Assembly: GCA_964652155.1 (NCBI GenBank)
Contig: CAZZBK010000001.1
Location: forward strand, 61,095-125,094
Length of the DNA stretch: 64,000 nt
Direction of reading: 5' to 3'
Source of the DNA: an uncultured Planctomycetaceae bacterium
GTDB taxonomy: Bacteria; Planctomycetota; Planctomycetia; Pirellulales; PNKZ01
The notes under the pieces were generated by a model. It did no database searches. It worked only from the letters and a program-made list of their open reading frames with translations, and was not told the DNA's origin. The first letter of the stretch is position 1, and each line of letters begins with the position of its first letter. Made by a program: the position numbers and the translations under genes. This document shows positions 8,301-16,834 of the stretch, one piece after another.

Positions 8301-9290
8301 GATGAGGCGATATAAGCCCGAGCCTTGCGGCCCTTGTCCGACTGCGAATACGTCGCCGTTGAGCGCGAGCAATCCTTGGCAACTGGTCACTTTTTCGCAA
8401 AAAGTCGTGATCGTCTCGGGGACGCCGTCGTTGTCTTGATCGGCCACGAGGATGATCGGGCCCCCTTCGCGTGAGGCGACGATCTCGCCAAACTCGTTGA
8501 AGGTCATGGCGATCAGCGAGCCAAACGCTTCGGAGGCGACGAGTCGCTCGACGCGAAAATCAGGCGCGATCGTAAATCGCTTCGACTGCTTGCCGTCGGC
8601 GGCCGTCACGCGATCGCCCCAGGGCTCGGCCGAGCCGAACTCGCCAAAGCTGCGCGCGAGTCCCCAGTTACGGTCGTCAAACCGGGGTTGTTCCCAACCC
8701 GCCGCTTCCGCGGTGCTCGTCCGCCAACTGGTGTCGGTTGGGAACGACACATCGGTCTTGTCACGCAAGCGCATCGCGATTGTGGCGACCAACCCGGCGG
8801 TCGTGCCCGAGGTGTTCTCCCCCTTCACCGCGATGACGTTGCGCCCTTTGACCAAAAACTTTTGAATGTCGTAGGCCTGCGCCAGCCGCCAATCGTTTCC
8901 CCCACCGACGCGTTGGCCGTTGATATAGAACTCGTATTGGTCGTCGCAGGTGATCTGCACCATCGCCAACTCAACGTCACGGACATCGAACGATTTGCGA
9001 AAGAAGCAGGCACCGTAGGGGACATTTTCTTTCGGCGCGTTGGCGGCCCAAATCCAGAGCGCCTCGCCCGAGTCGGTCGATGGTCGTCGTGTCGTGGCGG
9101 AGCCGCTCTTCGAGACCGCCGTGGGGGGCTGGCCCGGCACGATCGAGCCCGGCGGAAGCGCTTGGGGCGTGTAGCTGCGAGTTGGGCCGGCGCTGGGGAG
9201 TTTTTTGGTTTGCGCCTGGGCCGGATATGCAAGCCCCAAACACGCGAGTCCCAATCCCCAGAGCACGAGACCCAAGCGAAATCGATTCAT
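5355..9290 (-). CDS. Large secreted multidomain protein: N-terminal beta-sandwich, sugar-dehydrogenase-like beta-propeller, HEAT repeats and a C-terminal haem-c domain
   Basis: The 1311-aa ORF has a signal peptide (LGLACLGLAYPAQAQ). It also has an ALWIWAANAPKE...FFRKSF segment (rhamnosidase-N-like), GPHGLTLGPDGLIYLMLGNH (soluble glucose/sorbosone dehydrogenase-like), HEAT-like LVRAKVAFLLG and ATVRRLACEA segments, and a C-terminal CIKCHKFQGQGEAIGPDLS. This architecture is typical of the planctomycete/verrucomicrobial family. Confidence 0.85.
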   Translation of the reverse strand: MNRFRLGLVLWGLGLACLGLAYPAQAQTKKLPSAGPTRSYTPQALPPGSIVPGQPPTAVSKSGSATTRRPSTDSGEALWIWAANAPKENVPYGACFFRKSFDVRDVELAMVQITCDDQYEFYINGQRVGGGNDWRLAQAYDIQKFLVKGRNVIAVKGENTSGTTAGLVATIAMRLRDKTDVSFPTDTSWRTSTAEAAGWEQPRFDDRNWGLARSFGEFGSAEPWGDRVTAADGKQSKRFTIAPDFRVERLVASEAFGSLIAMTFNEFGEIVASREGGPIILVADQDNDGVPETITTFCEKVTSCQGLLALNGDVFAVGQGPQGSGLYRLIDEDQDGKADQVKLLFNFERSDLGEHGPHGLTLGPDGLIYLMLGNHDHVKMPAHPASPLRQGYEGDLFSQKYEDPGGHAIGIKSPCGTVVRTDPDGSFVETVAGGLRNAYDLTFDTRGELFTYDSDMEADIGLPWYRPTRVLHVVPGGEYGSRSGWSVWPNYWVDNVPPVLETDRGSPTGLEVYDHHAYPAQYRGALFLADWSQGRILAVRLRQRNGTYEARSEVFIEGRPLNVTDLAVGPDGWLYFSTGGRGTDGGIYRIVWKGERPKIPATTGLVKAIRQPQLTAAYSRQNIAMIQQELGDQWDPQLREFARSQQHPPEERARALELMQLFGSEIEPNFLIELAEDKSPLVRAKVAFLLGTQPHKDASATLVKLLKDTDATVRRLACEAATRGGYVLDTDALVEALGDPHRFVAWSARRAIEARPKESWKALVLESKKPRVFLVGSTALLTAAPDRETALEIVRLAQKWLQTYLSDDDFVDLLRVVELAIIRGELKSADLPTLGPQLAEEYPAGDYRMNRELVRLIVFLQETSALGRMFQELSGTLPDREKLHIALHLRFLDQGWTPQQRMSLVSYLEKAQQLPGGNSMAGYIESIRRDFASKLTKVEQTLVLNQALKYPGAALSVLANFEEPPNDQLANQLIDIDRQLPELQVPAAKKLQAGIVAMLALNGSQDSLQYLREVYESTPDRRPDLAMGLAQAPEENWDFLVRAIPTLENGAAQETLMQLAKVNRKPEKPEAIRQVIIAGVRMGANGGPLAFALLEKWTGEQPAQAGTAIDQVGLAWQAWFADKYPNEPPATLPVESNESKWNYQQLLKYLTGDATQGKLPGDAQHGASVFVKAQCIKCHKFQGQGEAIGPDLSSLRQRFQRKEILESILFPSQVISDQYASKTVTTTNGLTYTGMLARVSNGSVIVLQPSGEKVTLREDQIDDIAPSKKSSMPEGLLNTLSIDEIGDLFAFLTARGGAPTTANKPRPEGAR

Positions 9291-9445
9291 GAAATGCCTG
9301 CCGTGGCAAAAGTGCGTGAGACCGCCATGTCTTACGAAGGTGCGTACACTACCATCGAAGGCGCGCGCATCGCAACAGCGATCGCGATGCTAGCAAGCCC
9401 CGTGCTGGCGCAGCGGGACAGAAGACTGGGACCCGCGATGCTGGC

Positions 9446-10336
9446 TTAGCGTAGTTCGTCGGCCCCGAAACGGCGGCGAGGTGGAGCCGACGTATTGCTC
9501 GCCGACGGTTTGGTGATCGGCATTCGACCAAGCTGCGGGCTGAACATCTCGTCGATGAGCATCTGCGTGTCCAGCGTCGTGTACAGCAGGCGATTGCTCC
9601 ACAGCGAGGGGAACAGGCCGGACGAGTCAAAGGCCTCGGGCGAGAAACTGGCCATTACGCTCGCGGCGATGCGGATGTTCGAGTCGGGGTTGGCGCTCGT
9701 CGTCGAGAAGCCTTGCTGGAAGGCACTGCGCAAGGTTGCGAGGGTCATGCGCCAAGCGACCGTATCGACCGAGAGTCGCTCGAGAGGCCCAAACTCCAGG
9801 GCAAACTCAGCGGCGCGGTCTGGGTGAGGGGCAAACTGCACGACCTCGGCCGCCACGGCAATGTGTCCGATGAGAATATCCGTCCACCGCTCGCAGCGTT
9901 GCCTCAGGCGGTTGAGACGCACGGCATGCTCGGCCGAGAGTTGAGGGGAACTCACCAGCAGCTTGAGGACTCGATTACGGATTTCGAGATGGCCAAGATA
10001 AATGCTCCGGCCAAGGATGCTGGCGTCGTTTTTTGAGCGGCGCGAATCGTAGGCCACGAGCACCGCGCTCCAAACGCGCGTAAGTACCTCGCTGGCGAAC
10101 ACTTCCTCGATCACGGCTTGAATGTCGCGGTGCGAGAGTGCCGTGGGGTCGGTCGCCCAGGCCGACGGAGATTGTCCAAAGCTCTTTAAGGCGCGCCCCC
10201 AACGCTCGAGGCGGCACTTGGACGCGACCCAATACTGATCGAGTCCGCTGTCGGACAGCACGGAGGGTCCGGCAACCAGAGCCGGGCCGTGACTCGAAGC
10301 CACCGCCGCCAATTCGACCAGTTCACGTGCGTGCAT
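9446..10336 (-). CDS. Hypothetical protein
   Basis: Track ORF 9446..10477. The start was moved to the internal MHARELVELAAV. I recognised no motif. The coding call rests on ORF length and on being co-directional with its neighbours. Confidence 0.45.
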   Translation of the reverse strand: MHARELVELAAVASSHGPALVAGPSVLSDSGLDQYWVASKCRLERWGRALKSFGQSPSAWATDPTALSHRDIQAVIEEVFASEVLTRVWSAVLVAYDSRRSKNDASILGRSIYLGHLEIRNRVLKLLVSSPQLSAEHAVRLNRLRQRCERWTDILIGHIAVAAEVVQFAPHPDRAAEFALEFGPLERLSVDTVAWRMTLATLRSAFQQGFSTTSANPDSNIRIAASVMASFSPEAFDSSGLFPSLWSNRLLYTTLDTQMLIDEMFSPQLGRMPITKPSASNTSAPPRRRFGADELR

Positions 10337-10523
10337 CGCGATCGGACCCCTGACACCTGAGGTGTGACACCGTTGAGATAGGACGGTATTCCAGAGGAGC
10401 AAAGCGGGTGCCAGAGTCCTCGCCGGTGCCCCGATCGCATGGCAACCCCTGTCAGCATTGACGGTTACGTCGAGCAATCGGAATCACTCCCAAGCTCGAC
10501 GCCGGGCAAAGGGTTGCCTTTTG

Positions 10524-11903
10524 TCAACAAGGCGAGGTCGTCGTTCCACGCGGTTGAGCATCGCGCGGCGAGCCGATGGACCGCACCAGAGAGCAACAGC
10601 AGTCGAGGCCCGTCATGAATGCCATTGCGCCCCAGACGAGACCCAAGGGTTCGAGCGGAATGCGAAATCGGGCCGAGTAGATGGTCAGCACATGAAACAG
10701 CATCACACTCAGCACGGCGAGCAGCAGGGGCCCCATGCGCCGCCACCGCGCATGGGTCAACGCAATGCCGCAGACGGTCAACGCCAGCCACACGCCCGAG
10801 GTCACGCGATACGGCCAACTCGAGGCCTTGGGATTGGTCGGGTCGTACCCGAGAAAAAATCCCAACCGATACAGGCACAGCCGCAGGTACGCGAAGGGTT
10901 GCTCGGCGATGAACTGCCGTGCCTCGCGGCCGAGCAAGGCGGATCGTTGCGGCTCGGTGAGTCCGATGAACGGCGCATAACCGGTCGGCTTGAGCAGGAC
11001 GTCGTCGATGTAGAGCGTCTCGTGCCGCGCCGCCCAGAGTGCTCGATGCCGATCGGCGAGCGAGCCGTCGTGTGCCTGGGCCAGTTCGAGTGCCGCGGGC
11101 TTGGGAATCTTGTCGGTCCCCCAGCTCAGCGGATTGTTGCCTTGCCAGAAGGCGTAACCGAACGTCGACTTAATGAACACGAACTGACCATGCACGGCCA
11201 CATTGCGGATCAGCCACGGAGCAATGAGCAGCAGCGCGAGCGACGTCATGACGCAAACGGGTCGGACGGCGATAAGCAGCGTGGCGCCGCGCGTCCGTTG
11301 AGCTTGCAGCAGCCACCAGGCGGCGAACGGCAAGGTCAGCGCCAGGATCGGTTCGACGAGTAGCAATAGCCCGGCGAGGATGCCGCCGCAGCAGGCGGCT
11401 CGCCACGGATGGGTTTTTCGCCACGCGGCGATCACGGCCCACAGGGCGACCAAACACGTGGCGGCCCAAGACGCCGCCTGCACGTGAGTCACCATGTACA
11501 CGTGGGTCGGAAAGACCGCGACGCTCCAGCCCGCACACCAACCGATCCGGCGATCAGCCGGATACAGTGACCAAGCGAGCCAGCTGGTGCAGAGCACGAG
11601 CGCCACACCGGCCAGGCATTGCAACACCTGAAACGTGACCAACGACTCGACCGAGTCGATGCCCGTTACGGAATAAACGGCCGCGAGCAGCAAGGGTACG
11701 AACGGCGCCTGTTGCGACGTGGGGCCCTCCTGTCCCAGAAAGGTCACGACAAACCCGCGACCGGCGAGCAGATTGCGGGCGATCTCGCCATGCTCATAGG
11801 TTTGCGGACGGTCCATGTGCTGCGGCAGCGCATAGACCACCGCCAGTCGCAGCGCCAACGCGCAAGCGGCAAGGGCCAACAGGCCTAATGTCTTCCGTGA
11901 CAT
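10524..11903 (-). CDS. Polytopic glycosyltransferase, GT39/ArnT (PMT_2)-like
   Basis: Track ORF 10524..11981. The start is likely at MSRKTLGLLALAACALALRLAVVYALP. It has about 10 or more hydrophobic helices and the N-terminal pattern YEHGEIARNLLAGRGF seen in ArnT-like dolichyl/undecaprenyl-phosphate sugar transferases. Confidence 0.65.
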   Translation of the reverse strand: MSRKTLGLLALAACALALRLAVVYALPQHMDRPQTYEHGEIARNLLAGRGFVVTFLGQEGPTSQQAPFVPLLLAAVYSVTGIDSVESLVTFQVLQCLAGVALVLCTSWLAWSLYPADRRIGWCAGWSVAVFPTHVYMVTHVQAASWAATCLVALWAVIAAWRKTHPWRAACCGGILAGLLLLVEPILALTLPFAAWWLLQAQRTRGATLLIAVRPVCVMTSLALLLIAPWLIRNVAVHGQFVFIKSTFGYAFWQGNNPLSWGTDKIPKPAALELAQAHDGSLADRHRALWAARHETLYIDDVLLKPTGYAPFIGLTEPQRSALLGREARQFIAEQPFAYLRLCLYRLGFFLGYDPTNPKASSWPYRVTSGVWLALTVCGIALTHARWRRMGPLLLAVLSVMLFHVLTIYSARFRIPLEPLGLVWGAMAFMTGLDCCCSLVRSIGSPRDAQPRGTTTSPC

Positions 11904-11970
11904 TCGCGCACGCTTTCCATCGAATGACCCAACCGGGCGGAGACCCTTCTCCGCACACGACCGCCACAGA

Positions 11971-12921
11971 TTACTCGTCACTCGACGAGCGATTCAAGAT
12001 GATTACGCCTACGCCGCTGCGAACAATGACCGCATCGTCCGGCCCTAATCCCGCGGCGACGACCCCCAGATCGTTCTGGAAAAAATGATCGGCGTCGTCA
12101 CCCAATCGGCAGCGGGTAACGAGCCGCACGTGACCGTCCTCGAACAGCACATTGTGCCCCCAGGAGCCGTGATGTCCGGCCGTGGTTTCGCCCATTTCGG
12201 GCGGAGCGTCGGACATGATCGCAAAGTGGGCCCGCGATTGATTGCGTCGGGCGGTATAGCGGCCTCGGCGCACATAGCCCAGCCCATAACCGTAGTCGCC
12301 ACCGACGAGCGATTGGACTCGCCGCAACTCGACGCCGGCGAGGCGTTCGATCTCGGCGCGTGATGGAATTTCGGTCAGGGTGCTGCGCCGCGCCGATTGG
12401 GCGGCGGGACACCGCACGTCGGACGCCTGAATCAAGCCGGCCTCGCGGAGTTGCGGAGCGTAAACCCCGGCGACGGACAGTGGCCCCGCGGCAGGCACTT
12501 CCGGAAAATGATCGTCATGGATGGCGCTGTACTCTAACAGTGCTCGGCCCAGTGACATCAAGTTGCGTTGACAGCCGAGCACCTGCGAACGTTGCCGGCT
12601 TTGATTAAAGGCGGGCACGAGCGCCATGGCGGCAAGGACGAACAAGCAGGTTGCGACGGTCAAGTCTGGCAGACGCCAGGTGCCCACCGCGGCAAACTGC
12701 CCTGGCGCGGGGCCGCGACGATCGGCGACATGGCGACACGTTCGGGCCGCCAACCCCGACGGGCACTCGATGGGCCGCGCATCGTCCAGTGGCTCCAGAC
12801 TGCGGCGAATCAGCGCTAATTGTTGGCGTAGTTCAGGGTCGTTGGCCAACCGTACTTGCAGAGCTTCTTGCTCTGACGGTTCCAACGAGCCCAGCGCGTA
12901 GCCGAGCAATTGATCGTGCAT
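11971..12921 (-). CDS. Anti-sigma factor N-terminal domain fused to a DUF1559 (H-X9-DG type) pseudopilin-like domain
   Basis: The 316-aa ORF lies 6 nt downstream of the ECF sigma gene. Its N-terminus is MHDQLLGYALGSLEPSEQEALQVRLANDPELRQQLA (anti-sigma-like). It has one TM helix (LTVATCLFVLAAMALVPAF), then LGCQRNLMSLGRALLEYSAIHDDHFP and a C-terminal HGSWGHNVLFEDGHVRLV, matching DUF1559 landmarks (QCxNNLKQIGLALHNY and H-X9-DG; here H-X10-DG). Confidence 0.75.
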   Translation of the reverse strand: MHDQLLGYALGSLEPSEQEALQVRLANDPELRQQLALIRRSLEPLDDARPIECPSGLAARTCRHVADRRGPAPGQFAAVGTWRLPDLTVATCLFVLAAMALVPAFNQSRQRSQVLGCQRNLMSLGRALLEYSAIHDDHFPEVPAAGPLSVAGVYAPQLREAGLIQASDVRCPAAQSARRSTLTEIPSRAEIERLAGVELRRVQSLVGGDYGYGLGYVRRGRYTARRNQSRAHFAIMSDAPPEMGETTAGHHGSWGHNVLFEDGHVRLVTRCRLGDDADHFFQNDLGVVAAGLGPDDAVIVRSGVGVIILNRSSSDE

Positions 12922-12927
12922 GAGTGA

Positions 12928-13635
12928 TTACGAAGCGGACAGCATCGTCTGTGCATTCCACTGTTGGTTGAGCGACAATAGGGCCGCATGAACGCGGCTC
13001 TTGACGGTTCCAACGGGCACATCAAGCGCTTCCGCTGCCTCACGATATTTCAGGCCTTGGTAGTAAATCAACGTCAGGGCGATTCGCAACACCTCGGGGA
13101 GCGCCGCCACCGCTTGGCGGACCCACCGTTGTCGCTCGTCGTCTTCCAGCTGCGCCATCGGACTCGATTCACGGCTGGCCAGCAAGGCCAACAAGGAATG
13201 CAAGTCGTCGGGCACTTTTCCGCTCGGGCGATCCAAGCTGGCCATCTTGTGCCGCTTGTCTCGACGTTGCGCATCAATGGCTTGGTTCGTGGCAATGGTG
13301 TACAGCCAGGGGCGGACCTTACGCCCCAACTCGAACTGCTGGCACTTCAAGTGAACCTGTAAAAAGGTCGACTGAAACGCGTCCTCGGCAGCCGTCGCAT
13401 CCCCCAGGTACCGACAAAGGTAATTGAACAATTCGTGCTCGTATCGATGGACCAAGGTATCGAACGCTCGGCGATCTCCCGCGACCTGATAGGCCGAGAG
13501 CAAGGCTTCGTCCGACTGCTCGACCGGGCCAAGCGAGACGTCTGCTTCCACAACCGCAGTCACCACGTTCCTATTCATTGCTACGATCCTTGTCGTCGGT
13601 GGTTCGCCGCTTGGGGCCAGTTTTTTGCCCCTCAT
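12928..13635 (-). CDS. ECF-type RNA polymerase sigma-70 family factor
   Basis: The 235-aa ORF has region 2 (FDTLVHRYEHELFNYLCRYLGDATAAEDAFQSTFLQVH) and region 4 (ALTLIYYQGLKYREAAEALDVPVGTVKSRVHAAL). An alternative start is at MNRNVV (13578). Confidence 0.85.
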   Translation of the reverse strand: MRGKKLAPSGEPPTTRIVAMNRNVVTAVVEADVSLGPVEQSDEALLSAYQVAGDRRAFDTLVHRYEHELFNYLCRYLGDATAAEDAFQSTFLQVHLKCQQFELGRKVRPWLYTIATNQAIDAQRRDKRHKMASLDRPSGKVPDDLHSLLALLASRESSPMAQLEDDERQRWVRQAVAALPEVLRIALTLIYYQGLKYREAAEALDVPVGTVKSRVHAALLSLNQQWNAQTMLSAS

Positions 13636-14319
13636 CGACGTTTCACCGTGCTAAGAACTTATCCGTACTCAACTTACCGACTCAAACCTTGTCACCGAAA
13701 TATTCCCGGCTTTTTTCTCGCTGCCAAATTGGCATGGGAGCCAGGCCCGGATAACCCCGGCCCTAATGAGCAACCCCTGTGCCAATGTACTAAAAACCAA
13801 CTGGGATTCGAGCGGTTTGTTGTCAGATATGCGTTCATAACTGTTTCAAATTTAATGAGTTATAAAATATGAACTAGGCTGACCCGTGAATCGTTTTGGT
13901 TTCATTGCTACCGGTAGGCTTTACCCGGCAGAGTTGACAAACTTACACTGTCGTGGACCGAACAATCCCCAAAATTCATCCTGCTCGAACGACGTTTACT
14001 TCAATCTTGCTCAGGAGTTAAGAGCACTCGCTCCCGGCTAGCCGCGGCTCCGATCGTCGGGTAACCAACCCAACTGGGGCATCATGGATGGCCCGATCAG
14101 AGCTGACTCAAAATGCTGCGCCTCAATGGAACAACATTCCCGGATGTCGCTTTTTGAGACCGAGGTCTCCGAGACGAGGGGGTATGCACTCACTCGCTAC
14201 CCACCCAGGTCCATTGAGCCCTGCTGCCCGACGCTGGTTGCGGTCGGAACGGGCAACTATACTCGGCCGGGCTGAATCGATGCCGGGCATTCTGTGTTGA
14301 GAGCGAAGGAACCCATCGG

Positions 14320-14883
14320 ATGGCGAGTGACAAGGCTTGCGAGATTGCCATCGTGGGGGACCTCACCGAGCAAGAAGCGGATATCACCTCGCAGTTGCTC
14401 GACGTGCCTTACGGCGGTCGGTGCCTGCTGTACTTCGACTCGCCCGGCGGCAGTTCCTATGTCGGTCTGGCGTTGATGAGCTTGATGATCATGCGCGACC
14501 TTCAAGCGACCGGGATCGTCATCGGCGAGTGTTCCTCGGCGGCGTTGTGGCCCTTCGCGGCCTGTAAGCAGCGGATCGTGACGTCGCTGAGTGTGCTTTT
14601 GTTTCATCCGCTCAAGTGGCAAAGCGAGGAGCATGTGGGGCTGGCCGAGGCGGCCGAGTGGGCCCGTCATTTCGCGCTCCTCGAGTCGGACATGGATCGG
14701 TTACTCGCGCGACTATTGCAGACGAGCGATGAGTTGATTGCGCACTGGATGACGCCGGGGCGATACGTGAGCGGACGAGAGTTTGCCGACGCAGGCTTGG
14801 GGGAACTGGCCGAGCTGGCACCGCTAGCTAGCGTTCGACAACTCACCACCGCGCCACGACGCAAGCGTCGAAAGCGTCCTTAA
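14320..14883 (+). CDS. ClpP-family (S14) serine-protease-like protein, orphan
   Basis: The 187-aa ORF contains YFDSPGGSSYVGLAL (compare ClpP INSPGGSV), IGECSSAAL (compare GQAASMG) and LLFHPLKW (compare MIHQPLGG). It has a C-terminal basic tail, RRKRRKRP. No Clp ATPase gene is nearby. Confidence 0.65.
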   Translation: MASDKACEIAIVGDLTEQEADITSQLLDVPYGGRCLLYFDSPGGSSYVGLALMSLMIMRDLQATGIVIGECSSAALWPFAACKQRIVTSLSVLLFHPLKWQSEEHVGLAEAAEWARHFALLESDMDRLLARLLQTSDELIAHWMTPGRYVSGREFADAGLGELAELAPLASVRQLTTAPRRKRRKRP

Positions 14884-15063
14884 TCCTGGACGCGAGCACG
14901 GGGCCAACCGGCCCTGGGGCTCCATCTGGCAAGCTGTGCGGCTTGACCCAATGAACGGGTTTATGACGATCGAGTCAAGTTTGTCGATCGTAGCGGCCGA
15001 TGACGACCATAGAGACGTGCCGTGCTGCGCTCGGGTTGTGTTCAATCTTGAGACTCGTCGACC

Positions 15064-16719
15064 ATGCGAAGGGTAGTCCTAACGATCGTCGTCCTCGTTG
15101 GCCTGATGTGGCCCGTTGCGACGCTTCGTGCCCAGGGGCTTCCCACGACGTATCAGCTGGGCACGCCGACCGCATCGACTTACGGAGCGCAGCCAGCCGT
15201 GCCGGTCACGCTGCCCCAGCCGAGCGTTGCGCCAACTCCCGGCGTGATCGGGCCCGGGTTTCCGGCTCCCGAGCAAGTGCCGCCTCCACCGGCGACCGTG
15301 CCGCCGTATGGCCCACTGCCGGGCGCGACTCAAGCTGCGCCTCCTTTCACGGGGCTCCCGCACACCACGCTTCCCAATGCTTATGTCGTCGGCAGCGACC
15401 CGATGATGAATGTGCTTTGGGATCACGGCTTGGTCTTTCAGACAGCCGAGCGCGACGTCCGCTTTCGATTGGGCGGCGCGCTACAAATGGATGCAGGCTG
15501 GTTTCTCGCGGCCGACGACATTCGTCCAGCCGCAGGCACCCCAGGCACGCTGCTCGTCGACCCGCGCGATTCGGTCAGCTTGCGCCGGGCGCGCATTCGT
15601 TTCGACGCCACGGTGTACGACAACATTGACTTCGCGGCCGAGTTCGATTTGGCCACGACCGTGACCAGCGCGAGCTATTTAGGGCAGCCCCCCGGACAGC
15701 CCGCGGTGACCAATTCGCCCACGCCGACCGACTTGTTTGTGCAGCTGCGCGAGTTGCCGTTGCTGCAAAATTTTCGGCTGGGCAATTTTCGCGAACCGAT
15801 CGGGCTAGAGCACTTAACGAGCGGACGCTGGCAGCCGTTCATGGAGCGCTCGTTTGCCATGGATGCGTTTTATGGCCCGTTCAACAACGGTTTCTCGCCG
15901 GGGGCGATGATCTTCGGCACCTCGCCGCGGCAGCAGATGACCTACGCCTTCTGGATTGGCCCCAACACGAGCAATCCGTTTGGCTACCATGTTGGGGCCG
16001 CTCAGTATGCCGTCACCGAGCGGGTAACGTTCCTGCCGTATTACGACGCCGATGGACGCTATCTCTGGCATCTGGGGGGCACGTTCAGCTTCCGCGTCCC
16101 CGACGACCAGCAAGTCCAAATTCGTTCGCGTGGCGAAATCCGTAATGGCCCGCCGGGGCCGCTTAATACCGTGTACGCGCAGACGGGCAGCTTGCTCGCC
16201 GACAGCCAAGAGTTGATCAATATCGAGAACGCGATCGTGGCCGGCCCGTGGACCTTGCAGGCTGAGTATGCCGTTTCGTTCCTCAATGGGGTCGCCAGCA
16301 ATCCACTCGCGCCGCCAGTTCCCGAGCAGCAGGCGCTCAACGGCGGCCGTGTCATTACCCACGGCGGCTATTTGGAGTTGATGTACTTTCTGACCGGCGA
16401 GCACACGCCTTACGACCGGTCGAGTGGCACGTTCTCGCGCCAACTCCCCGTGCAAAACGCTTATTGGGTGCGGACCGCGTGCGGCAACGCCTTTAGCCGC
16501 GGGGCCTGGCAACTCGCTGCCCGCTATAGCGGCTTGAACCTCAATGACTCGGGGCTCAACGGCGGCATCCTCAACAGCATGACGCTCGGGGTCAACTGGT
16601 ACGTGAACCCCTATCTCAAGTACCAGTTCAACTACGATCTGACCGACCGTAGCGCCGTGGCCCAAACTCCCTCGGGCAAGATTAACAGCTTCGGCCTGCG
16701 CATGGCGCTCGACTTTTAG
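15064..16719 (+). CDS. Outer-membrane porin, phosphate-selective porin O/P (OprO/OprP)-like
   Basis: The 551-aa ORF has a signal peptide (VLVGLMWPVATLRAQG), a Pro-rich linker, alternating beta-strand-like sequence, and a C-terminus FGLRMALDF ending in Phe. Confidence 0.7.
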   Translation: MRRVVLTIVVLVGLMWPVATLRAQGLPTTYQLGTPTASTYGAQPAVPVTLPQPSVAPTPGVIGPGFPAPEQVPPPPATVPPYGPLPGATQAAPPFTGLPHTTLPNAYVVGSDPMMNVLWDHGLVFQTAERDVRFRLGGALQMDAGWFLAADDIRPAAGTPGTLLVDPRDSVSLRRARIRFDATVYDNIDFAAEFDLATTVTSASYLGQPPGQPAVTNSPTPTDLFVQLRELPLLQNFRLGNFREPIGLEHLTSGRWQPFMERSFAMDAFYGPFNNGFSPGAMIFGTSPRQQMTYAFWIGPNTSNPFGYHVGAAQYAVTERVTFLPYYDADGRYLWHLGGTFSFRVPDDQQVQIRSRGEIRNGPPGPLNTVYAQTGSLLADSQELINIENAIVAGPWTLQAEYAVSFLNGVASNPLAPPVPEQQALNGGRVITHGGYLELMYFLTGEHTPYDRSSGTFSRQLPVQNAYWVRTACGNAFSRGAWQLAARYSGLNLNDSGLNGGILNSMTLGVNWYVNPYLKYQFNYDLTDRSAVAQTPSGKINSFGLRMALDF

Positions 16720-16834
16720 AGCCCCGAAGATAATCTCGATGCCGAGAATCGGCGTTTAACGGCTGATTCCGACACGTGATCGGCTTGCAGCGTCCATCGG
16801 GTTGCGTGCTTTTATCGAGAACTGCTCGGCGATT

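Noticed and set aside
16741-16753. A small hairpin GCCGA-GAA-TCGGC after the porin gene as a terminator. Similar small hairpins occur at 9377-9400 and 14966-14991.
   Set aside because: The stems are only 5-8 bp and have no following T-tract, so the evidence is too weak to call terminators or operators.
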